This document shows positions 34,701 to 46,546 of a stretch of DNA of 64,000 nt, one piece after another (positions within the stretch are counted from its first letter, which is position 1; each line of letters begins with the position of its first letter). Source of the DNA: Azolla caroliniana (Eukaryota; Plantae; Polypodiophyta); contig JBHGNT010000013.1 in assembly GCA_043228905.1 (NCBI GenBank), forward strand, positions 18,228,001-18,292,000, read 5' to 3'. Under the pieces are notes generated by a model, which saw only the letters and a program-made list of their open reading frames with translations, was not told the origin of the DNA and made no database searches. The translations under genes were made by a program, and so were the position numbers.

Positions 34701-37700
34701 GTGCCCGAGGAGAGGCCCGCTAGTAATGCCGAAGGTGCATTTGGCGGGATTCAGGCTTAAGCGTGTGGTTTGACAACGGTCCAGGCAAAGCTGTAGATGC
34801 ATCAAATGGTCGGTTGTTGTCCCATATACCGCAAAATCATCTAAAATAACTTGCATGAAGGCCGGAATATATTCCCCAAAAATCTCCATGATTGTCCGTT
34901 AAAATGTAGCCGGCGCCGTCTTTAGCCCGAACATCATGACGATTGCGACATAGACTCCCCAGTCCGTGACAAACACCGTCTTCACTTGGTCGTCGGGGTA
35001 CATGAGTACTTGGTTGTACCCATTGAAGCCATCTAAAACGTTGTACATGTCATGCCCTGCGACGACGTCCACTACGCAATCAGTGAACGGTAAAGGGAAG
35101 GCGTCAGTAATGGTTGTACGACGTTCAATTTCCGGTAGTCCACGCATACACGTATTTTGCCATTTTTCTTTGGTACGACCACTATCGGGCTTAACCATGT
35201 AGCTTGTTTGACTGGTCATTTGAATCCAGCCTTGAGGAGTTTGTCAATTTCTTCTTTTACGTGGGCCGTGTAGTTTGGGTTCATACGGTACCGACGCTGC
35301 TGGCCCGGTTTCGTGTCGGTCGCTAAATTGATCTTATGTTGATAGAACTTCGGATCTAACCCTTCATGTCCTCGTGGGACCAAGTGAACACATCTTTATA
35401 CGTCCTGAGTAGTACTATCATTGCGTCTCTTTGATCCGGCAGTAATTCTTTTGCGATGGAGAGGAATTGGGGCTCTGACGCCGTATCCACGTTTACTTCT
35501 TCCAGGGCTAAGGCAGTGACTCGTCGTGAAATTTCCATTTCCCTCTCGAACACTGCTCGTGCTCTGCTTAGTTCTAATATTGACTCCAGGTTTGGTTCGT
35601 AAGCCTCGTCGTGGAGCGTAGCGGGCGTGGCATACTCCGCCGCGGTTTCGATGACGTCAATTTCGAATAGTGGAATGATCCGGGGGTGCTCGTCTAGGTA
35701 TTCCTCTAATTCTGTATCATCTACCCCAACCAACATATTTATATCCTCCGCATATAATGGTGTTATGCCCTTGGGTTGTGCCGCCATTTCCTCTGTTGGT
35801 ACGCGAACCATGGTGTGTTCGCGTCGAAAGCTGATACACTTATGTTGCTAGCTTTGCTTGATATTCGTTGAACGAAGCCACGGTCTGCCCAACAACATAG
35901 GATACGCTCCTAAGGCATCAAGGGCGAGGAATACCGCCGAGATGTCGAAGCGATGTCCTCCCACGATAATGCCTATCTTCTGTATCAAACCCAATGGTTG
36001 TATTGAGCGGGTATCCGCCATGCGAAGCCAAAACGGGCAAGCTTCCCATTCTGAAATTCCCAATTGTTCGCATGTCTTCGCGCTAATTACATTAACGCCT
36101 GAGCCACTGTTGATTACGCATCCTGGGATTTCCTGAACGTGTAGTATCAATTTAATAGCCGGATTTTGGTGATCCACCATTGTTGGACAACGCTGATGTC
36201 CGTAAAATTCGCGGCGACGCTTAACCCCGTTCTGCCCGTTATCCGGTCCTCCACGGCCTGGCGGAATCGTGGGACTAGTTGCAATAGCTTCTCCATGGTT
36301 AGCTTTATCTCACAGCCTGTCAATGCTTGCCATATGGGATCCGGAGATATTCCATCTTCCTCCAATGGCTCCACTGTGTTTGCGGACTCCTTCCGCATGC
36401 GTTCCGTATTTGCCGCGTTTACTTTTTCAACCCATGCTTGGGTTGTCTGACGTATCTCATCTTGCGCGACCCAATCAACATTTTTGGTTTGCTACCGTGT
36501 CGTGACTTGTTGTACTTCCGCTGTTATTGTATTGACGGCAGGCCCCTTGCCTTTGCGTACTGGGCATTGCGTGGCATAATGTCCGAGCTGTTGGCTAACA
36601 AAATAATGGACGCTAGATTCACCCTTCTCGGCAACTGGTGGTGTGTGCCGATCCCCAGGTGTGACTTGCTCCTTCCGGTCCTGATTCGTTTGTCGGAGCG
36701 TACGCGGTGTGTGCTGTTGGTCCCGGCGTGATTCCTGGTGCCGGTCATCATCCGAATTTTCGTCGTACTGTCGTTGGTCCCGATACTGACGATGTTTTCC
36801 GCGAGGTCCATTGAAGCCTCCATGTTTTTTCGTCGGACGGTAATTCTCATAGCGTCGTCCCCCTTTAGTGTTTCTGTGGTTGCCACGGTAATCTTCTTCC
36901 TCCGGCTTGTCTTCCTCGGAATCGTTGTGATTCCGGTGATTCCGGTAGTGCTGGTCATCGCGTGGGTTCCGATCCATATACCAGGGTCGTTCTTCTTGCC
37001 GCCTTTGCTCATTACAGTGAGGGGGATGTTGTGTTTCCACGTTGTGTACTGTGGGTGTGGATTTGTTCAACATATTGTACTCGCACAACTCAACTATGTG
37101 AGCTTTCGAGTGACAGCTTGGGCAGTGGATTTGCATGTTGCATTCAACTGCGGAATGCCCCGAATTTAAGCAAATCGTGCATTGGATCGCCTGGCGAAAA
37201 TGTCGTTCCTCGTCTTGAGGTAACGCTTGTCGTAATGAGGACATGGAAAACCTTTCCTCTTCTCCGTCCAGCTCGAGCTATAGCGCTCGTTCTATGACCA
37301 TATCGGCCGTTTCCCCTTTCACACTATTGTTGTTGAGCGTTGTCCGTATGGGTCGTCGTAATGCTGCCAAAAATGTCTCCCGAGCCTCGTCCTCCGTCGG
37401 GCCCCGTTCTAATCTCCGTCGTAGATTTTGGAAGTTTAAACTGAAATCCGCTACCATCTCGGCGGACAACTGTTTAATCGTGTAAAACTGCCCGAGGATT
37501 TTGCGTTGCGGCACCCTTCGATGAAAAAAACGCAGAAAGGTTGAGTGCAGTTGGTTCAAGGTCTTGATTGCTGGCAGATCCATCTGTGAATGCCAAAACG
37601 CCGCTCTCCCATCCAAGGTTAATCCGAACTCTGTCATTTTGGACTAGTGCGCTACTGCTTCGGAAAGGCTCTACACCATGTGGTTTGCATTCCAGACATT

Positions 37701-37766
37701 TAGGAACAGTCGAATCTGGCTTGCGGCGTCGGTTTCGCCGTTGAAGTAGGGATAAGAAAAGGCCAT
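31703..37766 (-). pseudogene. gag-pol of the outer Gypsy, heavily disrupted
   Basis: gag 37278-37766, Zn knuckles 36492-37244, protease [65 protein letters not shown]. The 5' in-frame part continues at 43352 beyond Copia B. Confidence 0.92.
32488..33491 (-). mobile_element. 1004-bp LTR-bounded insert (solo LTR or deleted chromovirus) within the Gypsy integrase
   Basis: TGTCATGA...TCATGACA termini, TSD GGTTT (32483-32487 and 33492-33496). Removal restores WVEAKP|LRENT. Confidence 0.88.
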
Positions 37767-37778
37767 GCTGGATGCTAT

Positions 37779-37967
37779 TGTCGAATACAAGTGTATAATG
37801 GACGTATTCACACTATCCCTTTGTATAGATCAAGTTTGGGCCATTTGTGTAATTAGCATAAATGGTAGTTGCCCTAAGTCGGTCACTATATATAGTGACC
37901 TTGTAACCTTTTTGTAAGGTTGGTTGTTGTATTGTTTCTATGAAATAGAAAGAGTCCTTTTGTGTGT

Positions 37968-38039
<72 letters not shown>

Positions 38040-41000
38040 ACCATCTTGGTAAACTGTCATACGCAGGTACTCAACTTGAATCGAATGCTACTTGATCTTC
38101 CGCATTAAACGGCCTTTGTCATCAACATCTGGTATCAGAGCGCCTGCACAGTATTCGGTCCTTCAACTCGCTGTCGGCCGTCGTCTCAGCCTGCACAGCA
38201 TTCGGTTTCCTGCGTCATTCGAAGAAGAGAGAAGAAGAAGAAAAACGAGGCTTGCATCTCATCGCGTTAGATCATCTTCGCTTGGAGTAAGCCAGCCGGT
38301 TGTACTCTGTTCCTTGTGATCGTAACCGCTCGAGGTGAAATCCCCTTGTGCAACATTGACACGATCGTGCTCCACTCGGTTAAACGGCATCCGAAGAGGT
38401 CATCAAAAGCTGCTCGCCGCTCATTGTAACCACTCGGTGCAGATCGGTCTCAAGACAACAACCCAAATTCGTGCTTCATCCGGCTGATCGACATTCGGGA
38501 GGATCAGTTGGATCCGTCTCTCTCGTCGCTGCAGTCACCCGAAGCAGAATCGGTCCACACAATCGGTTTCAATAATCGGTATTTGGCATATATATTCGGA
38601 AGCGAACCGGGCTCACTCCGACTCGGCAACATTCGGGAAGACCAGCCGGTTCTGTCCCTCAAGTTACCGGAGTCAATTCGAGCAAGTTCAACAATACATA
38701 TATCCGAAGCCGAACCGACTCGGGTTCAAATCCGACTAGAACGATATCGGGTGAGCCAACCGGCTGCACTCCAACAAGGTTCGTAGTCAACTCCGAACCG
38801 AGCTTCGTCAACCGAAACCAAATTTGATGGCATCAACATCCGGCTCGTCAGAAATGAGTCTACGAAAGTTCGATGGATCGAACTTCAACTTCTGGAAGGA
38901 GCAAATGCAGGACTATCTCATAGTCAAGGGGCAAATCGATCCCATCGAAAATGAAGAACCTCCAGAAGGATACAAACCAATTGAGTGGCAGAAGCTGGAC
39001 AGAATCGTCCGCGCCACGATTTGGTATACTTTACGGTGCAATCGTGTACGACAACATTCGAACTGTGGAAGACACTGTCGGACACTTACGAAAAGAAGGT
39101 CGCCGCAACGAAGATGTTTCTGATCCGGCGCCTCTACAACTTGCGGATGAAAGAATCCGATTCGGTTCAAGCACATCTCAATGAGTACGAAAGCATAAGC
39201 TCCCAAATCTCATCTCAGGGGACGGCAATCGAGGACAAACTCAGAGCGATGATACTCATGAGCAGCCTTCCCTCATCATGGGAAACTTTCGTCACAACCG
39301 TGTGCAACGCGTCAACCACGGCTGTTAAATACTCCGAAGTCACGAGCACAATCCTGACCGAAGCAGCTCGGAGAAAGTCTTTCGCCAAAGACTCAACAGA
39401 CGACGCTTATGTAGTACAAGGTTCGACAGACCGATCGAACATACGAGGAAGAGATTCCTCACGGCAGCCGAACAATCAGCGAAGACGGAGCCAGTCACGG
39501 GATAATCGAATCTGCAACTATTGCAAGAAACCCGGACATATCAAAGCCGACTGCCGCGCACTCAAGAACAAGAACGACAAGTCTCAGAAATCAGACAAGA
39601 AGAGTGGCCGGCATGAGGAGATCAATTACGTCAGCTTCTCAGCTGATGTGCTACCAAACGACCCGAATATACTATCAATCGAAAATCCAGTCGGATCAGA
39701 AGTTCTGCTCACGACTGAAGAATCGAGCACATGGCTCTTAGATTCGGGCGCGTCATTTCACGTGACTCCTCATCGATCCCAGTTTCGGCAATATACGATC
39801 CGTCACTCCGACTCAGTTCGAGTCGGCAACTCGCAACACTCTGACATCATTGGAATCGGCACAGTAGAGCTCAACCTTGCAGGTGGCTCTACACTTGTAC
39901 TTCACAATGTCCGACATGTACCGGAGCTCTCAAGGCCATTGATCTCAGTCGGACAACTAGATGAAGACGGTATTCGTGCCGGTTTTTCTTCGGGAGGGTG
40001 GACACTCCACAGGGGGAACCTCCTGCTTGCTAGAGGACCCAAGATACACTCACTGTATCCGTTACATGTTACGCTCAGAGAGGGTAACCTGTTTTTGGTG
40101 GATATTCCTGTGTCATCACTATGGCACAGAAGATTAGGACACCTCAGCAAGGCCGGCATTACGCACCTATCTAGAGCCGGATACATCCCTAAACTCTCCT
40201 TCTCGGACCATCAATTCTGCGAACATTGCCAGTATGGCAAACAAGCAGCCGCATCACACCCGACATCAGCACCAAGAGAAACGAGACCTCTCGATTTAGT
40301 CCACTCGGACGTCTGCGGCCCAATGCCGCATCAGTCTCTCGGCGGTGCCTCTTACTTCGTCAGTTTTATTGACGATTCGACTCGAAAGGTGTGGGCTTAT
40401 CCAATTCGCACCAAAGATCGTGTCTTCTCGATCTTCTCCGATTGGCTCGCTATGGTAGAAAATCAAACTGACCGAAAACTGAAATGCTTTCGGACCGACA
40501 ATGGGGGAGAGTTCAAATCAGAAGAATTCGTCAAATTCTGCCGACAACGCGGCATCCGACGTGAATTTACGGCACCACACAGTCCGGAGCAAAACGGGAT
40601 TGCCGAACGCATGAATCGGACAATCCAAGAACGGATAGTTTCCATGCTCCAACACTCCGGACTGTCGGATGGCTTCTGGGCAGAGGCTCTACTCACGGCA
40701 GTACACATAATCAATATGTCGCCAAGCAGACCTCTAGGACTTCAAATTCCTCAGGAACTATGGATCGGCAGTAAGCCGAATTACGACAAGCTGAGGATCT
40801 TCGGATGCGAGGCGTACGCCCTTATTCCGAAAGATGATCGCCGAAAACTTGCACCTCGGTCCAGGAAATGCATCTTCCTTGGATATGGATCAGACGGCGA
40901 AATGGGATACCGACTCTGGGACCCCGAACGCAGACAAATCGTTCGAAGTTCGGACGTTGTGTTCAACGAGTCGGCTATGAATCCATCAATCGAAAAACCG

Positions 41001-43217
41001 ATCGAAGTCCGAAGGGTAACATTTTCCGATGTGCCGACCCTTCAAGAAGGCCCCGCTCTTAACACACGGTCAGCTTCACGGGTAGCTGAACCTTACACCA
41101 CCGACTCGGACAACTCTGACTCGGCACAGCCGAATAATTCGCTTTCGGACCATCCGACCTCGATACCCGATGCGACCAGTCCACTCATACCCCGACGATC
41201 CGAGAGACTGTCGCAACCTCCGGAGAGGTATTCTCCTGGAATTTTTTTTACCGACGCCGGCGAACCGACGTCTTACGAAGAAGCATCGACATCTGTCGAT
41301 TCAGCCACCTGGCATCTGGCGATGGAGTCGGAAATGCACTCCATTCGGGCAAACAAGACTTGGGATCTGGTCGAATTACCTAAGAATCGACGTGCTCTTC
41401 CTTGCAAGTGGGTTTATCGACTAAAAGAGACGTCTGATTCGACCACCCCAAAGTACAAGGCCAGATTAGTTGCGAAGGGCTTCCGACAAGAATATGGCGT
41501 CGACTTCGACGAGATTTTTTCACCAGTGGTGAAAATGACAACCCTTCGTTTTCTACTCGGCGTAGTGGCAGCCAACAACTTGGAGCTGATTCAGCTAGAT
41601 GTCAAAACAGCCTTCCTCCATGGTGATCTTGAAGAGGAAATTTATATGGAGCAGCCAAAAGGCTTCGTGGCAACTGGCCAAGAACATCTAGTCTGCCGAC
41701 TCAGGAAGAGTCTATACGGCCTCAAACAGGCACCGCGACAATGGTACAAGAAGTTCGACGACTTCATTCAATCGATCGGCTTCTCCAAAAGCGATGAGGA
41801 CCATTGTCTCTTTACCAACACAGCTCAAGATGGATCACCCATCTTCCTCATCATTTACGTGGACGACATGCTAATCTCTGGACGCCACGCGGGCGAACTT
41901 GCCGATCTCATTCGGCAACTGCGGTTGAAGTTTGCCATGAAGGACCTCGGTCCGGCACGACACATACTCGGCATGAAGATTAGTCGGCATCGCGATAAAC
42001 GACATCTTTTTTTGTCTCAGACCGACTATATCGGACGTGTCTTGGAACGCTTCAACATGCAATCAGCCAAATTTGCTTCAACCCCGCTCCCCATGACTCT
42101 TCGGCTCTCTCAGCGAGACTGCCCGACATCCGGTCCGGAGGGGGAAGATATGAAGTCGGTACCGTATGCACCGGCAGTCAGCTCCCTTATGTACCTGATG
42201 GTCGCGACACGGCCTGATATCTCTCATGCCGTAGGAGTCGTTAGCAGATTTATGCACAATCCTGGCCGATCGCATTGGAACGCAGTCAAGCATGTGTTCA
42301 AATATCTAGCTGGCACAAAAGATCACGGCATTCTTTTCGGTCCGAACTCAACCTCAGGCGTAGTCGGTTACACCGACTCGGACTTCGCCGGCTGTATAGA
42401 CAGTCGGAAATCAACAACCGGATACTGCTTCAAATTCGGCAATGGAGCAATTTCGTGGAAGTCGAAACTTCAGGAGTGCACAGCGACCTCAACGACCGAA
42501 GCAGAATATGTAGCTGCGTCTGACGTTGCAAAAGAAGCTTTGTGGCTCGGCCGGCTGGCGCACACATTTCGGCAAGTCGACCATGACTCGGCTCCAGTTG
42601 TCTATAGCGACAGTCAAGGTGCTGTTGCCTTGTCGAGAAATCCGGTTCACCACAACGCCTCCAAACATATCGACGTTCGATATCACTTCGTTCGGGACTG
42701 CGTCATTTCAGGGAAAATCGGTCTAGAGAAAATATCCACAACCGACAATGTCGCAGATGGAATGACCAAGTGTCTTTTGGCAGACCGCTTTCGGTCCCTT
42801 CGGCATCAGATGGGCGTAACGACAAACCAGTCCGGTTAGATCCGGACACAGCGCAGGATGGTTTCAGACAACCAACATCAGTTCCCTAATGATCGGCTTC
42901 AACTCTTCCGACCCGACCAGTCCGGTCTTCTGCCTTCGGACCCTGCCGACTCGAACAAAACTGATATGTCCGAGAACCTAGGTTTATACCTGTAATCTTA
43001 GATAACCTATGTATACGCCCATTACGGGGGAGTGTCGAATACAAGTGTATAATGGACGTATTCACACTATCCCTTTGTATAGATCAAGTTTGGGCCATTT
43101 GTGTAATTAGCATAAATGGTAGTTGCCCTAAGTCGGTCACTATATATAGTGACCTTGTAACCTTTTTGTAAGGTTGGTTGTTGTATTGTTTCTATGAAAT
43201 AGAAAGAGTCCTTTTGT

Positions 43218-43264
<47 letters not shown>

Positions 43265-43351
43265 CCATCTTGGTAAACTGTCATACGCAGGTACTCAACT
43301 TGAATCGAATGCTACTTGATCTTCCGCGTTAAACGGCCTTTGTCATCAACA
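37779..43351 (+). mobile_element. Full-length Ty1/Copia element B (same family as A)
   Basis: LTRs 37779-38127 and 43033-43351, TSD GCTAT (37774-37778 and 43352-43356), PBS tggtatcagagc 38130-38141, PPT before 43033. Confidence 0.97.
38827..42839 (+). pseudogene. Copia B gag-pol: 1284-aa open frame, but a 19-nt deletion frameshifts gag near 39021
   Basis: Comparison with copy A: cggatgcacctatcggaat is missing. All pol motifs are present downstream. Confidence 0.93.
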
Positions 43352-43612
43352 GCTATGGCGGGCAAGGAAAGACCATCATGCTTTTGTGCTGAGCGCGCTT
43401 CCTGCGTGTCGCCGAGGTATTTGGGGAGTGAGAAATCGTCTTTGTGGTCCCGACAGGTATCACTGAGAGTCGTTGAGGCGGGGTTTCTGTCGTGCGCGCT
43501 CCTCTGCCTGGCGTGTGATGGACCATGTGATTGGTCGATTGTGTCGTGTTGGTTCTCTGGGTCGTCTGCGACTAAACATCCATTCGTCGTTGTTCGTCTA
43601 TGAGGAGACAGA

Positions 43613-43627
43613 TCACCAAGCGTGCCA
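43613..43627 (-). promoter_or_regulatory. Putative PBS of the outer Gypsy (tRNA-Arg-like TGGCACGC)
   Basis: Minus strand TGGCACGCTTGGTGA four bases after the 5' LTR. The match is imperfect beyond 8 nt. Confidence 0.6.
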
Positions 43628-43631
43628 AAAG

Positions 43632-44099
43632 CGTTACCGATTAGGAACACAATCTACGGTCAGTCCTTCAACCTAGACCTCAAGGTGACTATCTTGCAAC
43701 GAATGGTACGTCGTAGCGTAATACTTAGTGGGATACCTCCCGTAACCTAGTAGCGTATAAGGGAGACGGCTACAACCGACCTCCTTAGACTATGCACTAG
43801 CAACCACACTGTTACTCACGCCTACGCTCTTACGACTGCGCTACGCCACCAAGAATCACAGACACACAGTAGATTAACCACGGATGCGGACAGAGATTAG
43901 AGAAGATAGAACTCTATTAAGATACGCCTTTTACATTCAAAATTACACGCTACCTCTATCAGAGGATTTTTTCCCTTTATATACGTAGGATCCTTTAGCC
44001 ATTCACGCTTCCCGCGTGAACCATTTACATGTGTTACAATATTACTATATTCTATATTTCTGCGCTCTTGTCCGTCGGTTACTATTCCGGCGGACAACA
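43632..44099 (-). repeat. 5' LTR of the outer Gypsy
   Basis: Direct repeat of 1643-2110 with scattered substitutions, terminal base mutated (cg for tg). Confidence 0.93.
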
Positions 44100-45237
44100 A
44101 TTGCGACAGTCAAAGTGCCATCCACCTTGCGAAGAACACGACGTATCATTCCAGGACGAAGCACATCCAGCGAAGGTACCACTAGATTTGGGAGGGAGTG
44201 GAAGATCGAGAGTTCATGTTGACGAAGATCCACACGGAGGAGAATGGGTCAGATATGCTGACCAAGGTGCTGACACTCGACAAGTTGGAGGCGTGCCGAA
44301 AGCGAATTGGACTAACCAGACATCCCATGTCGGAGTGAAGGGGGAGTTTGTTACGATCTCAGTTCCTCCAGATGGGATGATGAAGGGCCAGTGAGAACCG
44401 GATGTTGAGTACCCGGCAAGGAAGAACCGGTGAGAACCGGATGATGTAGGCCCGATGAGAACCTCTCACCGGATGAAGGGACATATATGTAAATATGTTT
44501 TTGAGAGCCCATTAGGGCTATATTTGTAAATAGTCCTAAAGTCATATTAGTATAAATATGACATAGGGCAAACACTTTATGATTATGGTGTACTGAGGCC
44601 AGTATTGTAGTATAGAGTTATTGGTGTAACTGTTGTACAAAGTGTGAGAGAGAGAGAGCGATACAGAGTGTGCCTCTGTTCTAACTGCCGTTAGGCAAAG
44701 ATTGAGAGCAAGAGGCCGTTGCCTCTATGTTCCTCTGTTATATTCTCCTTACATAGTGATAGTTGGAGTTTGTGGACTCCCGTGGTTTTTCCCATTTAGG
44801 GTTTTCCACGTAAACATACTGTGTACTCTCTCTCATATTATTTGTGTGTATGTGCATTTACCTTCATTGCCCATTTCTTCTGTGGTTGTGATTCTCACGA
44901 AGTGATTGAAGTCTCGGTTGTGGCCGAGATATATTCCACACACACATATTTCGCGTCAATGTTCTAGTTTTGGAAAACGATGCGCATAGGCGTCTCGTAG
45001 CAATGTGCTGTTGTTGCAAAGTGACACCCGTAAATGACTATCTTCTGCTTGTACATAAAGACCTTTGTCTATCATTCTCTCTCCTAGCTCTTTTTGTTTT
45101 TTTTCGTAAATCAATGTTTGTTATTAAAACAAGATGATAATACAACCCTTGCTATCTTAACTACATCATGAGTAGTGATAATGCATGGGAAACCCTCTCA
45201 AGTGTTGCAAAACTAGATGGCATACCTCTATCTCCTA

Positions 45238-45242
<5 letters not shown>

Positions 45243-45313
<71 letters not shown>
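45243..45313. repeat. (CT)n microsatellite
   Basis: Direct reading. Confidence 0.95.
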
Positions 45314-45321
<8 letters not shown>

Positions 45322-46546
45322 TGGTGAAAGTAGACAATTATATTAATAAGTGTGTGTAGAAAACACTACTTTCAATGGGTTTCACAATAGAGTATGGTCA
45401 CCCACTAACTACATGGGTTGTGGAAAATGTTGAATTGCCAACACACAAGATAAACACTCCATTGAGGAAACAATTTCCATTTGCTCCAATAAAGAAAATT
45501 GCCTCATTAGTTATCCCTTCAACTTTCGTAGATATGATTTGACTCCAAGCCTACCATAAAATACGCATTGGAGACATCCCAATTGTAATGCAATCCCCAA
45601 TACCTTAGAAATAGGAAAACGATCTCTATCTTTGATTTTGGGTCAACCTGTGAATTGTGCAAACACCACTAATTTGGCATTAAATAACATCGTGATAAAC
45701 TTGCCATATTTGAGAAATGTCACTCCAAATCAAAAAGCAATTGGACATTGTATGAAACAATGAGTACTATCTTCCATTTGAACAACTTACAAAAAAAAAC
45801 AATTGCCCGTTCGTAGTCCATGTCGCTTTAGAGCTAATCCCAAAGGCAATTAGATGCTAATCCCAAACTCTCCAAATGTAGACCGCTAGAAGTGGCAATT
45901 TAGAATGCCAACTATGTTTTAAGATTTACCAACATCCAAGACAATAGTTATGTATTTTCTATTCTTGTTTAGCCTTAGATAATAGTCATCGAAGAGACTC
46001 AATAGAGAAATGATACAAAATATTAGTAGCCTACTATGAAAATGGTGTCTAATTCCATAAACACAAATCAATCCAAGGTTGCTCTTCTGTTTGTAAAGGT
46101 AAAGGGCCTTGTATCAATGAATTTTTTTGTAGTTGTTGCCATATAAACCCATAATTGGGTGTGATGCGTGATAATTTTCACTTTCAATAAACTCCAAAAT
46201 TCTTCGAGATGGAGCCTCAACTATATCTCCCGCCTCCTTGACCCCCAAACGAAACAAACAATTAAATTGAGAGTGTAATCTCTCCTTTCAAGAACAACAT
46301 AATAACCAAAAAGACACAAATTGCAAAGAATTGTACAATGATCTTTACTAGATGATGGTTTCCATATACATAACAAGAGCGCTTCTTGCCATGAGACAAC
46401 CAAGGGTTAAACACATGAAGAGGTAGGAATCTTAAGGGAAATACATTTGTTCCATAATTGCCACCATGAATCCTTAATCGTTGTCGTTCCATGTGTTAAA
46501 CCCAAAAGATGTCCATAGTTGTGAGTCTGAACACATGCCTTCCAAT

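Larger units (their letters stand above)
1643..44099 (-). mobile_element. Ty3/Gypsy non-chromovirus (Athila/Phygy-like) LTR retrotransposon with an extra 3' ORF
   Basis: Two 468-bp LTRs (1643-2110 and 43632-44099), 5-bp TSD ATTGC (1638-1642 and 44100-44104), gag-PR-RT-RH-INT order on the minus strand at 31703-37766. Confidence 0.93.
246..44942 (+). mobile_element. Outer Ty1/Copia element (degenerate RT-RNase H plus 3' LTR), split by a 42.5-kb nested insertion
   Basis: RT/RNase H motifs at 421-1642 (KARL-like YKAKIVVKG, QLDLKTSFLHGDL, LLYVDDML, AEYMA). Reading ...EEYRLYC resumes as DSQSAIHLAKN at 44105. PPT gaagggggag at 44337-44346, LTR from 44349 to ~44942 (end approximate). Confidence 0.9.
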
